This document shows, piece by piece, positions 39,754-52,840 of a DNA stretch of 64,000 nt. Source of the stretch: Octopus vulgaris. Its lineage: Eukaryota. A program made the translations under genes and the position numbers. The stretch covers positions 24,428,001 to 24,492,000 of the forward strand of contig OX597820.1 of the NCBI GenBank assembly GCA_951406725.2, in the 5' to 3' direction. Each line of letters opens with the position of its first letter. Positions within the stretch are counted from its first letter, which is position 1. Under the pieces are notes generated by a model, which saw nothing but the letters and a program-made list of their open reading frames with translations, searched no databases and was not told the DNA's origin.

Positions 39754-39865
39754 ATGCCGCGATCTGCGTGGACAATGTGCCGCGATCTGCGTAGTGAATG
39801 TGCCATGATCTGTGTAGTCAATGTGCCGCGATCTGCGTGGTCAATATGCCGCGATCTGCGCGGTC
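39754..39865. repeat. 23-bp minisatellite, ~5 units
   Basis: Unit aatgtgccgcgatctgcgtggtc with few substitutions. Confidence 0.9.
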
Positions 39866-40041
39866 TAAAATGCCGCCTTCAACAATTTGTTACATTTATA
39901 TATATGTATTTATATGTATGTATGTATATACGTAAATAATTTTTCTTTTGCTCTTGTTTATAATTTTAACCTTTAAAGTTATTTTAATATGCTGCCACTT
40001 TTGATGAAATTTTTTTTGAAAAAAAATTTATCCCATAGTAG

Positions 40042-40120
<79 letters not shown>

Positions 40121-40137
40121 ATATATATGTATATATG

Positions 40138-40592
40138 TTGAGGCTAAACGCAACATTAAGATCGTTGAAAGGCCAGGGAACTCCATCATATCACAGTTAT
40201 GTAGGACGTATCTCTTCGAGAATATCACATGGAACAATGAGAACCGAATGTTATGTAAGATTAACCCTAGCATTAACTGTAGAACTAGAAATGTAGTCTA
40301 CAGCATAAGGTGCATAGAGGGTGCTTGTAAAGACAAGAACATGACATATATTGCTGAGATATTTAGAAGCATTGCAGGGACACTAAATGAAAATTCGAGA
40401 CAATATGACGACAAACAACAGTCCTCCATACTCTACCAGCATGCCAAAGACCAACATAGAAGCACACTGGGTCGACTTGACATCCACATTTTATCCAAGC
40501 ACCCGAAGGACCCAACACTCAAAGAAGTACAGGAGTACGTCTTCATAAATGAAACATCCCCAGTACTAAATAGGAGATTATGCAGAAGGTAG
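40138..40592 (+). pseudogene. Penelope-like element GIY-YIG endonuclease fragment
   Basis: NCRTRNVVYSIRC...C...YIAE...R...SILYQHAKDQH...E..FI....PVLN; conserved YIGE/R/EH residues are altered; embedded between microsatellites. Confidence 0.85.
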
Positions 40593-40658
40593 TGATACCT
40601 CAATCCCCACAGTTTATACATACACAGGTAGATTTGTTCGTAGGCTGTTACGTCGACG

Positions 40659-40765
<107 letters not shown>

Positions 40766-40768
40766 ATA

Positions 40769-40811
<43 letters not shown>

Positions 40812-40861
40812 TCACATATATATATACATACATAAACAAATAGATAAATACATAGATAGCA

Positions 40862-40960
40862 TTACTGAAATGATTTATGATTGTCGCCATGTGATTCTCT
40901 TATATGACTTTTAAACCCGGCCGAGCTTTTACACATTTTATTACATACTAGACAACTGTA
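40862..40960 (-). mobile_element. RTE-like C-terminal zinc-finger remnant
   Basis: YSCLVCNKMCKSSAGFKSHIRESH resembles the terminal CxxC...CxSxAGLxSHxR finger of RTE ORFs. Confidence 0.55.
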
Positions 40961-41185
40961 TACACATGCACACTGACGCACACGTATGCGCACAAACAAA
41001 TAAACAAACAAAAAGAACGCAGCTCCGACAACGGACAGAGTCAACAACTATTGAAGAGGTCGAAAGAAGCAACGAAAATTAAAAATATATATATGTATAT
41101 ATATAAGTAAATGAGTGGAAGTCGAACCGGTAACTGTGTTAATTAATAAGGCATTAAAACAGAATGACTCTCCCCAGGCCCACAA

Positions 41186-41205
41186 TATATATATATATAT
41201 ACATA

Positions 41206-41293
<88 letters not shown>

Positions 41294-41326
41294 GTATGTA
41301 TGTGTATACATATATGTATGTATATA

Positions 41327-41405
<79 letters not shown>

Positions 41406-41661
41406 ATATATATATATATGTGTGTATATATATATTTGTATATATATATATGTATGTGTGTATATATATATGTATGTGTATATATATATGTGTATATATA
41501 TATATATTTATATCATATTGTAGTGTATATATATTTGTTATATATATATATTATGTATGTATTATATATTTAATATTGCAAATAAATATTTAACTATATT
41601 ATTTATATATATATATATGTATGTTGTATATATATATATTTGTATATTATATATTTGTATA

Positions 41662-41710
<49 letters not shown>
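41186..41710. repeat. Long interrupted (TA)n/(TATG)n tract
   Basis: Directly visible; one of dozens of such tracts in the window. Confidence 0.95.
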
Positions 41711-41715
<5 letters not shown>

Positions 41716-42559
41716 TCATTTAATTGACTGCGTTTGCTAATGATTTATGCTGGCTCTATAATATTTAATCACTAATTGCCACTTCAGTTCAGGAATTATA
41801 TCACACATACACTCACTCTCTCTCGCATACACACACTCACACATATATTCATATATATTTAGAAAAACAACAGTAATCTTATGAAAAACAATGGATATCA
41901 TTACTACGGCACACTTGTGGTGTAAACATACATTCTTAACAATCTAATGCTTCTGTAATGACAATTTAACAAGTAATGAAACAATTCACACTTTCTCCGA
42001 TTATTCAATATAATTTATGCTACGATCACTACTTAATACTTATTACTCTATCAAAAGCAATAATACCCTTAGGATTTGTTAATTAGTTGATGAATATAAA
42101 GACACTTATGCCTCATCTTTGAATTCTTATGCACAAACACACACGCGCGCCGCGTGCGCACACTTACACTTGTTCAAAATGGTGGAATTATATCTATAAG
42201 TTATATAATTAATTCCTGCTACTTAGTACGAAGTCAGAGAACTTGTTGTGTTAGGTGAAATAATCAATAAATTTGATTCACTGCCCGCTAACCGCGTCTA
42301 ATATATAGTACATGACTCGTGTTTAATAAATGCAATTTATATGTGGTTTCTCGATTTGCTAGAATTGACAGCCAAATCTCGCTTAAATCGCATCATACGT
42401 CTTGAAAAATTTAGAAGGGAAAGACGGTATATCTTTCGACGTTTTTAATTTGCCAATGATCCGACCTTGCAGAGATTGTACTGGTGACGTACACAGTAAC
42501 TAATACAAATAGGTCCCATATTATCAGAATTTGCGAAGCATAGTTACTGTGAGACCCAA

Positions 42560-42725
42560 ATCTGTGTTAGGTATTTGGGTTCATAATTTACCTTAGGAAT
42601 GAGAACCCAGATTCGAAATTCCCCAAGGCACCTGATGAAGGCTGAAACATTGTGTTAACAACAAACAAGATGAGGACAAATATCCGTCAAATGTAAATAA
42701 TGTAAATAATGTACATAATTCCTCA
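42560..42725 (+). mobile_element. Probable PLE pLTR remnant with collapsed hammerhead
   Basis: ggcac-CTGATGA-aggct-GAAAC-att-gtgtt (42627-42656): stem I ggcac/gtgtt present, stem II nearly deleted. Confidence 0.55.
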
Positions 42726-42727
42726 TA

Positions 42728-42885
42728 TGGGGTTCTTTCAGTTTCCGCCTACCAAATCCGCTCACAAGGCTTTATTCAGCCCGAGGCTATAAGAGAAAGC
42801 ACTTACCCAAGGTGCCACGCAGTGGAACTGAAACCGGAACCATCTGGTTGGGAAGCAAGCTTCTTACCACATAGTCACGCGTGCG
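42728..42885 (-). mobile_element. SINE family A head/central region
   Basis: Reverse complement of 53424-53590. Confidence 0.85.
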
Positions 42886-45199
42886 CGTATATATATACAT
42901 GAAGAATATATTACAATATTTAATGTATTATAAGCAGTATTGGTAAGAATCAACGCAGATATTCTGGTTTATGATGAATTTATGGATTTATCACATTCAC
43001 TACTGGTTTATGTGAGATCTTATAAATATATTATTCTCACCGTTTTTAATGTCACAAGATTTAATTCCTGGTACAAGGCGTCTTGCAGTTTGCTACTAAT
43101 CTTACGAAATCAAGGACATTCACATCACATTTCTTCCTAGGATGTATATATATAATGTATATGTGTATATAAATACATATATATTACATATATATTGATG
43201 TCTGTGTATGCATATGTACATACGTTTGAATAAATATATGTGTGGATTGGCATCTTGTAAGATGCACCGGCTTATAAGATGCACTTCAAGTCTCTTTGCT
43301 GAAAAGGAAAAAAAATAAAAAATAAAAACAAAATATTGTTTTTCTCTGACATTCGTGGCCAACCCTGCTATGCGGTAACTTGAAGGTTTAATCCTTTCAT
43401 TTCTGCATGAAACCATACGCTTGCTCATTAAAAACCTTACCCTCGTCTTTATAATATTTCTAAATTATATACAAATACTTGTTTTATAATTTAGTGCTAA
43501 AACAATCGCGAATTTAGATCAGTTTCATAAAACTACTAAAACATATATATTTATTGATATATTAAAATAGTGTTTCGTGCATAACAGCTTCTTGCATAAA
43601 TTTATTACGGAATTTTCCCCCCTCAGTATATACAAATTATTGATAAGTACAAATGAAATCTGAAACAAGTTATGTAAATTTTGTGTGAATATCACCAAAT
43701 AAAATGAGATGTAAGCCAGTGATATACTACATTATATAATATAACATATAATAAAATACTATAATAGAATATAACATATATTATGTGATATATAATATCA
43801 TGTTATATTAAGATACAATATTTTATTATATTTCTTTCTAATTTTCGATTATCATTTTATTTTATGGTAAAATTCCCTAATTCCACTCAGTTTGCCTTCA
43901 GCTTTGATTTTGTTTACATTCTGCAGTATTTCATCTCAGCCGTTATTATAAGGAACCCTTGAAGAGTAATAAACAAAAATTTTAGATAATAGGCTTTGGG
44001 CTTTGGGTCATGAAAATAACTGAATAAATCCAGCTTCTTCTGAAACCTTGGGAGAGTAATATAATTAAAACACAGGTAGTGTATCTAACATCTCAGCTAT
44101 TACAAAGTAGCGAACCATTTCATCCTAATATGAAGAAGCAACAGAAATTTGAAATTGAAATCAAGGAATTATAAGGGGAAAAATGGTAAAACTCACATAT
44201 ACTTCATATGAAAGCTTCCTATTCTATTCTTTTTTTTTTCAGAATATCATGACTTCTCTGGCGCTGTTTGATTTTGTTTAGAAACTTGTGAATTGAATCA
44301 TCCAGTTCATAGTCTACTACGTGTTACGCTTGGTACAATTTCTATTTGCTACTTTAAAAAATTATTCAGATTCAGATTGTTATTATTATAATCTTCGATT
44401 ATAGATTTGTATGTAAATTTCTTTTCACAAAGGATAGGACGCTACATAAATAAAAGTTGAAAAAGATTTGGGAAAATATAAATTTTCGGAAAGCAAAATT
44501 TTCGTCGTAAAAATGTCGGACTGTGTTCTGCATCATTTATTTATCAACGTTCAACATCATAATTTAAAGCTGTTTTTAGATTTTGTATTCAACATAAAAC
44601 TGATAAAATATTGAAGCTTTCTATTTAATAATTATAAAAGCTAACAACATCGTAATTAATGGTCGTTCACATTCATCAATTTTCCAGAGTCATGAAGTGT
44701 CTTGAAATCACAGTAATAGCCTTGATAGGAAAGGTCAATTTCTCTGTCCTTAAGCTTATTGCTAATGTTGCAAGTTTGAATGATGTTTGGATGAGATTAA
44801 ATCGAATATTAAAGGGATTTTTAAAAACTCCGTTTTATCAGGATGCTAAACGTTTTCTTGACAATAGTAAACCTGAGATCACACTGGCTCTTGATACTCT
44901 CAGAAGGTGTTACATTTTGTGTGAGTGCTGCCTTGTTGTTTGCTCTATTAACAAACTGTAGTTAACATTGTTAATTCATGGCATAGGGAAGGGCTGGATA
45001 TACCATTGCACAAATGTTTATCGAAGTAGGACCTCAAGAAGGCAGAAATTTATGCGCACAAGTCAACTGCTCTATCTCCAACTTAGAATTTACCTCCATA
45101 ATGTTATGTCGACGCTCCCGGATGATGAAGTAGGCTAGCTCAATACGTAGATATAGAGGGAGAAGTCTAGACGTCGAGAGTTGAGTAGAGGTCATCCAA

Positions 45200-45450
45200 A
45201 CGTGTGATATAACACATACATATGTTGTCTATATGATTCAGGTCTGACGGATATTATATAACGGCACGATTATATATCTGAATTAAAGAACTAGGCACAC
45301 GCGCATAAGTTTTCAAAGATCATCTTGAAAGAAGCAGCTCATAATCAAGGAGACCGTAGTTTTCATTAAAGCCATAAACCGCAATGCGGGTAACCTAAGG
45401 AGAAAAGAAGCCAATCTCATAAAACAACTACCAGCAATTAACAATCATCC
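45200..45450 (+). pseudogene. Highly degenerate second PLE GIY-YIG fragment
   Basis: Across frameshifts: TCDITHTYVVYMIQ / DGYYITARLYI*IKE...FKDHL / LRRKEANLIKQLPAIN, in GIY-YIG motif order. Confidence 0.6.
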
Positions 45451-46130
45451 AGAACTTAACAATTTCTAGTGCATACTATAAATGGTGACTCCATATCGCC
45501 AGCATGGCGGCAGTCAAATGACTGAAACAAATAAAAGAATAAAAGAATAAAAGAAATCCCTCACACGCTTTGAGCCAGTTCTCTTTTGCATGCATTATTC
45601 ATTGTTATTCTGATAGCACGGGAAACACAATCCACTACCGCAAATTCTACGTTTCTACACACGTCAATTCTTCACGCCAAACAGTATAGAAATGTATTTT
45701 ATATCACCTTCTTCCTCCTTAAAGCCTTTCTTAAGGATTTTTAACACGAAATATTCCCCAAAATCAAATATTTGTTGGTAATAATTCAATATCTGCGTTA
45801 TTGCTATTTTCGATATTTAATGTTCGATCCGCAATTCACTCGCCTTCTATACAACACCGATTCTCTTTTCCTTTCTCTTTCCATTTCTTTCTCTCTCCCC
45901 CCCTCTCTCTTTGGCGCTCTGTTGGACTAAAATAAATCTATTCTTCAATGACTACATATAAATATATAAAATAATAAAAAATTGCCTAAATGATAGAAAT
46001 GGAAAGGAGAATATATATTTACATAAACAGTAATACATACACAGCGTGTACTTATATTTACGTGCTTGTATATTGTACATATGTATGGCAAAATGAATGC
46101 ATATGTATATGCACACACACAGACAGACAG

Positions 46131-46166
<36 letters not shown>

Positions 46167-46339
46167 GTATATATTCCGATATGCACACACACACATTACA
46201 CACATACATACACACAAACATATTCATTTGTAGACATATATATATATTATATTGTAAATACACACTTACAATAAATGTATTCATAAGTACTTATTATATG
46301 CATATATACACATAAATATATATACGTATATAAAAATAT

Positions 46340-46439
46340 ATATATATACACATATCTATATATATGTGAATACTTATACATACATACATATATATATATA
46401 TATACATATTTATAAGCACACATATATATGTGAATACTT

Positions 46440-46495
<56 letters not shown>

Positions 46496-46527
46496 TTATA
46501 AGCACCCATATATATGTGAATACATAC

Positions 46528-46562
<35 letters not shown>

Positions 46563-46597
46563 CATATATATAAGCACACATATATATGTGAATACAT

Positions 46598-46662
<65 letters not shown>

Positions 46663-46687
46663 TATAAGCACACATATATGTGAATAC

Positions 46688-46730
<43 letters not shown>
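46340..46730. repeat. Higher-order repeat: fixed core ataagcacacatatatatgtgaatac separated by variable (TA)/(CATA) tracts
   Basis: Core recurs about 4-5 times. Confidence 0.85.
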
Positions 46731-46734
<4 letters not shown>

Positions 46735-47089
46735 CTATTTTCTATTCAAGTGGGATTGCTTATATTGTGCGTCCTCATTTATCGGTTCGTGCATATGCGT
46801 GACAATCTATTATTAGGTATTTATGATAAATTAAAATTAACAGACTCTACCCATACATTACAAGCTTGAATGGCGGTATGTGGTTGCGTTATATGTAGAT
46901 ATACATATTCTATTGCTCATTAAATTTATTATGTGTGTATTTAATGGACTCTTTGTCCCTATATATGTATATTACATAAAGGAATAACAATCAATGTGGA
47001 TAAAATTAGCTACATATATTTGTAAGGCGTATCTGAGCGAATGATTACACATACATTTATTTATATATATGTGCATGTGTGTGTGTGTG

Positions 47090-47145
<56 letters not shown>

Positions 47146-47277
47146 TACATTCATATATATATATACAAATATATATATATATATGAATGTATATATATAT
47201 ATATATATATATACATTATATATATGAATGTATATATATATATATATATATATATACATTATATATATGTTCAAATG

Positions 47278-47316
<39 letters not shown>

Positions 47317-47621
47317 GTATGTATGTATATATATATATATATATATATACATACATACACATATGTGTGTGCCTATAATAAGTACATATATGTATGTGTA
47401 TGTGCTTGTATCTCTATGTGAGTTTCAATACACTTGTACATGTATATATTTTAGTTAAGTGATATCTATGAATCCAAGTGTGCATATATATGTATGTATA
47501 TCAGTCTTTGTGTGTGGAGAAGAAGAAGAGAGGGTGAGCGATACATTTATGCACAGATACATACATGCATATATATACATATATATATATATTTGTACAT
47601 ATATATATGAATATATATACA

Positions 47622-47652
<31 letters not shown>

Positions 47653-48157
47653 CTTAATGTGTGTATTAATGTTTATATGTATGCGTGCGTGTGCCTGTAT
47701 CTCTGTGTATGTGTATGTGTGCATATGTAAGAGATTCTACGTATTAGGGTGTGGGAAATACACGAGGGAGTCGACAGAACGTCGGACAATAACTGTCAGC
47801 CAATTTAAATGAAGACAAAACTCTAAGCGAAACGAAAATATTCTGCTTTAATAATTTCATCTGAAAGGAATAATGAGATTTAAATAGTTCGTTGAATGGT
47901 TTTTAGATGTTGGACAAATGGACCTAGAAATAAACTCGTCAATAGCAATGTTGGGGAGCGGGGAGGAAACGGTCCCTTTAGGATTCATTGAAACAACAGA
48001 TGAAACCAACGACGCAGCCACACTGGCAGGTGCACGTGCATACACACACATGCGTGCTTTCGTGTATATATACGAACATTCTTATCTAACATGTGTAAAC
48101 GTGTGACGGTGTATCTATGTGTGTGTGTGTGCTTGCGTATAGACATGCATATCATAT

Positions 48158-48275
48158 ACCGAACTGCTAAGTTACGGGGACGCAAACATACCAACAACGG
48201 TTGTCAAGCAGTTGTGGGGGACAAACACAGGCACAAAGACATGCACATACATACATACATACATACATACATACA

Positions 48276-48310
<35 letters not shown>

Positions 48311-48545
48311 TTATATATTTATATATATACTCTTTGCTCTTCTACTCTTTTACTTGTTTCAGTTATTTGACTGCGGCCATGCTGGAGCACCGCCTTCAGT
48401 CGAGCAAATCGACCCCAGGAGTTATTCAGTTATTCTTTGTAAGCCTAGTACTTATTCTATCGATCTCTTTCTGCCGAACCGCAAGATTACGCGGACACGT
48501 CAAGCGATGTTGGGGGGGGGGGGCAAACACAGACGCACAAACATA
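48158..48545 (-). mobile_element. Two SINE family A tail fragments
   Basis: ccgaactgctaagttacggggacg... at 48158 and ttttacttgtttcagttatttgactgcggccatgctggagcaccgcc at ~48345. Confidence 0.8.
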
Positions 48546-48547
48546 CA

Positions 48548-48598
<51 letters not shown>

Positions 48599-48600
<2 letters not shown>

Positions 48601-48768
48601 TTCCCCGTCTGTCTTGATAGACAATGGGTTGCGCCAAGGGTGGGGCCTACTTTGATGATGTGCAGCGTCTGCTATGACTGAACAGTCCAATTCTAGAGTG
48701 GCAGTCCTTGGTACATTTGCTGCACACGAACATCGATGGGTACGTGTGGGGTGTTGCTGCACCCCACA
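48599..48768 (-). mobile_element. RTE-clade LINE 3' end
   Basis: Minus frame [32 protein letters not shown] (stop 48649-47), then a short 3' UTR; (TA)n flanks. Confidence 0.85.
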
Positions 48769-48772
48769 TATA

Positions 48773-48859
<87 letters not shown>

Positions 48860-48862
<3 letters not shown>

Positions 48863-49025
48863 GGTCCCGGGTTGATTCGGGGTTAACCACAGTAAATAAG
48901 GTACTCAATACATAGCAGAGTAAAATTAATTTATTATATAGAAGGAGCTTCTACAGGACTAGAACTGTTTCATTCAAGAAGATTTCTCTTGAATGAAACA
49001 GTTCTAGTCCTGTAGAAGCTCCTTC

Positions 49026-49027
<2 letters not shown>
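48860..49027. mobile_element. Sister copy of the 4991-5190 fold-back element, opposite orientation
   Basis: 48860-48979 is the reverse complement of ~5071-5190; palindrome arms 48939-48979/48987-49027; hammerhead 5' halves missing. Confidence 0.85.
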
Positions 49028-49093
<66 letters not shown>

Positions 49094-49095
49094 CT

Positions 49096-49250
49096 ACAAC
49101 AGGCTTCTTTCAGTTTTTGTCTACCAAAGGTTTTGGTCGGCCCGAGGCTACAGCAGAAGAAACTTGCCTAAGGTGCCACATAGTTGAACTGAACCGGGAA
49201 TTATGTGGTTGTGAAGCAAGCTTCTTACCACACAACCACGCCTGCGCCTA
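49096..49250 (-). mobile_element. SINE family A head/central region
   Basis: Ends ...cacaaccacgcctgcgcctat, the reverse complement of the head. Confidence 0.85.
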
Positions 49251-49395
49251 TGTATAAGTGTGTGTTTGTGTGTGTGCAAATGTGTGTGAGTATATACATA
49301 TACATGTGTCTAGTTGTATGAGTGGTTTATATACATATATTGGATGTATGTGGATATTCATGCATACACACACACACGCAACATATAAACGTTAC

Positions 49396-49462
<67 letters not shown>

Positions 49463-49881
49463 CGTGTGTATGCGCGTGTGCATGTGTATGTGCGTATGTT
49501 TGTGAACATTTCTTTAAAATATTTACATCAAGTACGTTAATTACTTCGATATTCTCGTATCGTGCTCGTTCTAGAAAACAGACAAATAATTACATTTAAT
49601 TGTTTTTCTATTGATTATCCTCATTTAAATAATTCGTGAAGAAAATCTTTGATATCTAAATTGTGTCACCAAATCTCTGAGTGCAGAATGTATACGTCAG
49701 AATATCACATGTATTTTTTCATGCTCTTATGCTTTTATACGTGTCAGCCCACAATTTGTAGCCATGCTGGGCCCCGGCTAGTATTATCTCATTTTTAGTG
49801 TCTATTTGTCTTGCGGTTGGCTTTTGGTGAAAGAGGGAGTTTGATAATGATTCACTCTTTTGAGTTCCTTGTCGTAGTGTA

Positions 49882-50286
49882 CACTTGCGTCAGAAATTAA
49901 TTAGCACTTCTCAAATTTCTACATTAAATAGGTTAAATCAATTAACCTATGAGCTGTTCAAAACGTCTTACGCGATGAGAAAACGTAGTATGGTGTGATT
50001 TCGGTCCTTGCGAGGCGCTACCTATATCTATTAAACAAAGGAAGTTTGTCTGCATCCGCACTCCAAGTTGTTGTTGCACTGCTATGTCAACATCATAAGG
50101 CTGTAGACTCTCAAACTGCTCTGCAAACAAAGTCACGTCATCGTTCTGCGCAACAGTGAACTCGCAACAAAGACAATCAGGGTGCTAATTAATCTGACCA
50201 ATAGTTCGAGATATGGCCACTAGGTGACAGCACATACCTTGAGTGAAGAGCAAATCAAGGGTGCTAATTAATTTCTGACGGTAGTG
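49882..50286. mobile_element. Tc1-type non-autonomous element with TIRs and an inner direct repeat
   Basis: TA|CACTTGCGTCAGAAATTAATTAGCAC ... GTGCTAATTAATTTCTGACGGTAGTG|TA; extra copy gggtgctaattaatctgac at 50180-50198. Confidence 0.9.
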
Positions 50287-50617
50287 TAGGTTCGTCTGGG
50301 ATTCTGGACAGCAGAAGGTCAAGTTGTTTCTCGGAATCTTCTACCACCACTCCATGTAGATCTCTTAGGTGTTTTGGCAGGATATCAAATAGCCGTGGGT
50401 TTCTGAATTCCAAGCTATTGCAGTACATGGTTATGACTCTACCGAATCGCTAAGTTACAGGGACGTTGTCAAGCGATTGGAGAAGTGACAAACATAAGGA
50501 AAAACAGGAAAGAGTGCGACAGAATGCGGAACCACATGGTTGGGGAGCAAACTTCTTACTACACAGACATACTATTGGTACATACACACACACACACACG
50601 CACACATACACACAAGT

Positions 50618-50780
50618 GTATGCCGGTGGTTTGTCCGGGACAGGTTGGAGGAATTTATCCAAAGACTTCTTGAATTTTGTGTGGTCAGTATCTGTTTTGA
50701 CGTGTCCTGTTGTAATGTTGACGAGAGCGGGGCCAATTGAGGTGAAATAATTGTGCCGTATGGTTGTTATGAGATACTTA
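50618..50780 (-). mobile_element. CR1/L2-group LINE ORF2 C-terminal fragment, second family
   Basis: SIGPALVNI...[17 protein letters not shown] is homologous to FRGPQLFNI...FKMKLDLFLSGIPDEPT of the 35221 element. Confidence 0.75.
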
Positions 50781-50872
50781 TATACATCTATATATATATA
50801 TGCACATACAAATATGCATATATATATGTATATATATATATATGTATATATACATACATACATACATACATA

Positions 50873-50941
<69 letters not shown>

Positions 50942-50944
<3 letters not shown>

Positions 50945-51333
50945 GGCGCAGGAGTGGCTATAGGCGCAGGAGTGGCTGTGTGGTAAGTAGCTTGCTAACC
51001 AACCACATGGTTCCGGGTTCAGTCCCACTGCGTGGCAACTTGGGCAAGTGTCTTCTGCTATAGCCCCGGGCCTACCAATGCCTTGTGAGTGGATTTGGTA
51101 GACGGAAACTGAAAGACGCCTGTCGTATATATGTATATATATGTATATATGTGTATGTGTGTGTGTTTGTGTGTGTGTGTGTTTGGCCCCCTAGCATTGC
51201 TTGACACCCGATGCTGGTGTGTTTACGTCCCCGTAACTTAGCGGTTCGGCAAAAGAGACCGATAGAATAAGTCCTGGGCTTACAAAGAATAAGTCCTGGG
51301 GTCGATTTGCTCGACTAAAGGCGGTGCTCCAGT
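50942..51333 (+). mobile_element. SINE family A with duplicated first 18 bp, 3'-truncated
   Basis: ataggcgcaggagtggct x2, then the standard body. Confidence 0.9.
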
Positions 51334-51376
51334 ATTTGGTATTGCTTTGGAATAGTATTATAACAAATTCTTTTGA

Positions 51377-51443
<67 letters not shown>

Positions 51444-51904
51444 ATATATATATATTTATAGACACACACGCATGTATGTATGCATATATGTATGTATGCT
51501 TCTATAAATATGTATGTTCATATATATGATGTCTGTTTATAAGTATGTATGTATGTATGTATGTATGTATGTATGTATGTATGTATGTATGTATGTATGT
51601 ATATTTTCAATCGTAACTGATTTTTAATTTCTATTGTTCGATTTGCTATTGATCTGTTTTAACACCTGCATAGCGTTTTTCTATTTTCTTCTTTTCTGTT
51701 TTAATTCGTAATATTCTAGGAAAAAGTTTGATTTCAAAATGGAGCGTATCAGACAACTCGCTTGATGTAATTAGCCGTTTGTTTTTTGCTTGTGGTTTGT
51801 GTAGAATCTGTTCGAATTTTCTGGTTTTATGTTACTTTTTTTAATTAACATTGTGTTAATTAAATTTCATTTCTGTTAGGTCGTGTTTTTATTGCTGTTG
51901 TTTT

Positions 51905-51939
51905 TGTCAGTAGTGATGGTGGTAGAAGTAGTAGTAGCT

Positions 51940-51970
<31 letters not shown>

Positions 51971-52190
51971 CGGTGGTGGTGGTGGTCATGTTGGTAGTAG
52001 TAGTTGTGGTAATAATAGTGGTGTGGTGGTAGTAGTAGTGGTCTGGTAGTGGCATTAGTAATAGTAGAAATGGTGGTGGTAGTAAATGTAATAGGAATGT
52101 AAGTAGGGTAACAGTAGTAGTAATGGTGTTGGTGTTGGTGGTGGTAGTAGTATTTGTCATCATAGAAGTAGTAGTAGTAGTAACAGCAGC
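51905..52190. repeat. (GTA/GTG)n degenerate trinucleotide tract
   Basis: Directly visible. Confidence 0.9.
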
Positions 52191-52266
52191 ATTAACATCT
52201 GGGGGCCAAACACAGACACACAAACATATACATACACGCACACACACACACATACACACACATATA

Positions 52267-52307
<41 letters not shown>

Positions 52308-52617
52308 TTATATTCACTTGGTAAAACGAACACTACTTAAAAATTATGAATGAAACAATACAATAAAACAACACACGCACGGGTATAAATGCAGGGGGTA
52401 CACGCGCACGTCATTTGCGTGTACCCCCTCACATGTACATATGCTATAGTACCCTCTATATAACATAATCGCGCCCGCATAATATATATTTTCACAAGTG
52501 GAAAAAACGCACAGATTTTTTCCCTCAATTCACCCATCTTGGTTTTGAAACAATACACAACTAACGGTACTGCAGGGGGTAATTTTGCTTATAAAGATTT
52601 TATCCTTAATTTTGCAC

Positions 52618-52661
<44 letters not shown>

Positions 52662-52677
52662 TGTGTGAGTGGGTGTA

Positions 52678-52840
52678 ACGACGGCCTTTCAGTTTCCATC
52701 TGCCAAATCCACTCACAAGGTTTTGGCCGGCCCGAGGCTATAGTAGAAGACACTTGCGCCCAATATGCCACGCAGTGGGACTGAACCCAGGACTATGCGG
52801 TTGGTAAGAAAGCTTCTTACCATACAGCCACTCTTGCGCC
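52678..52840 (-). mobile_element. SINE family A head/central region
   Basis: Reverse complement of 53424-53590. Confidence 0.85.

Noticed and set aside
40862-41047. Host C2H2 zinc-finger gene
   Set aside because: Single isolated finger without TGEKP linkers; fits the RTE C-terminal finger better.
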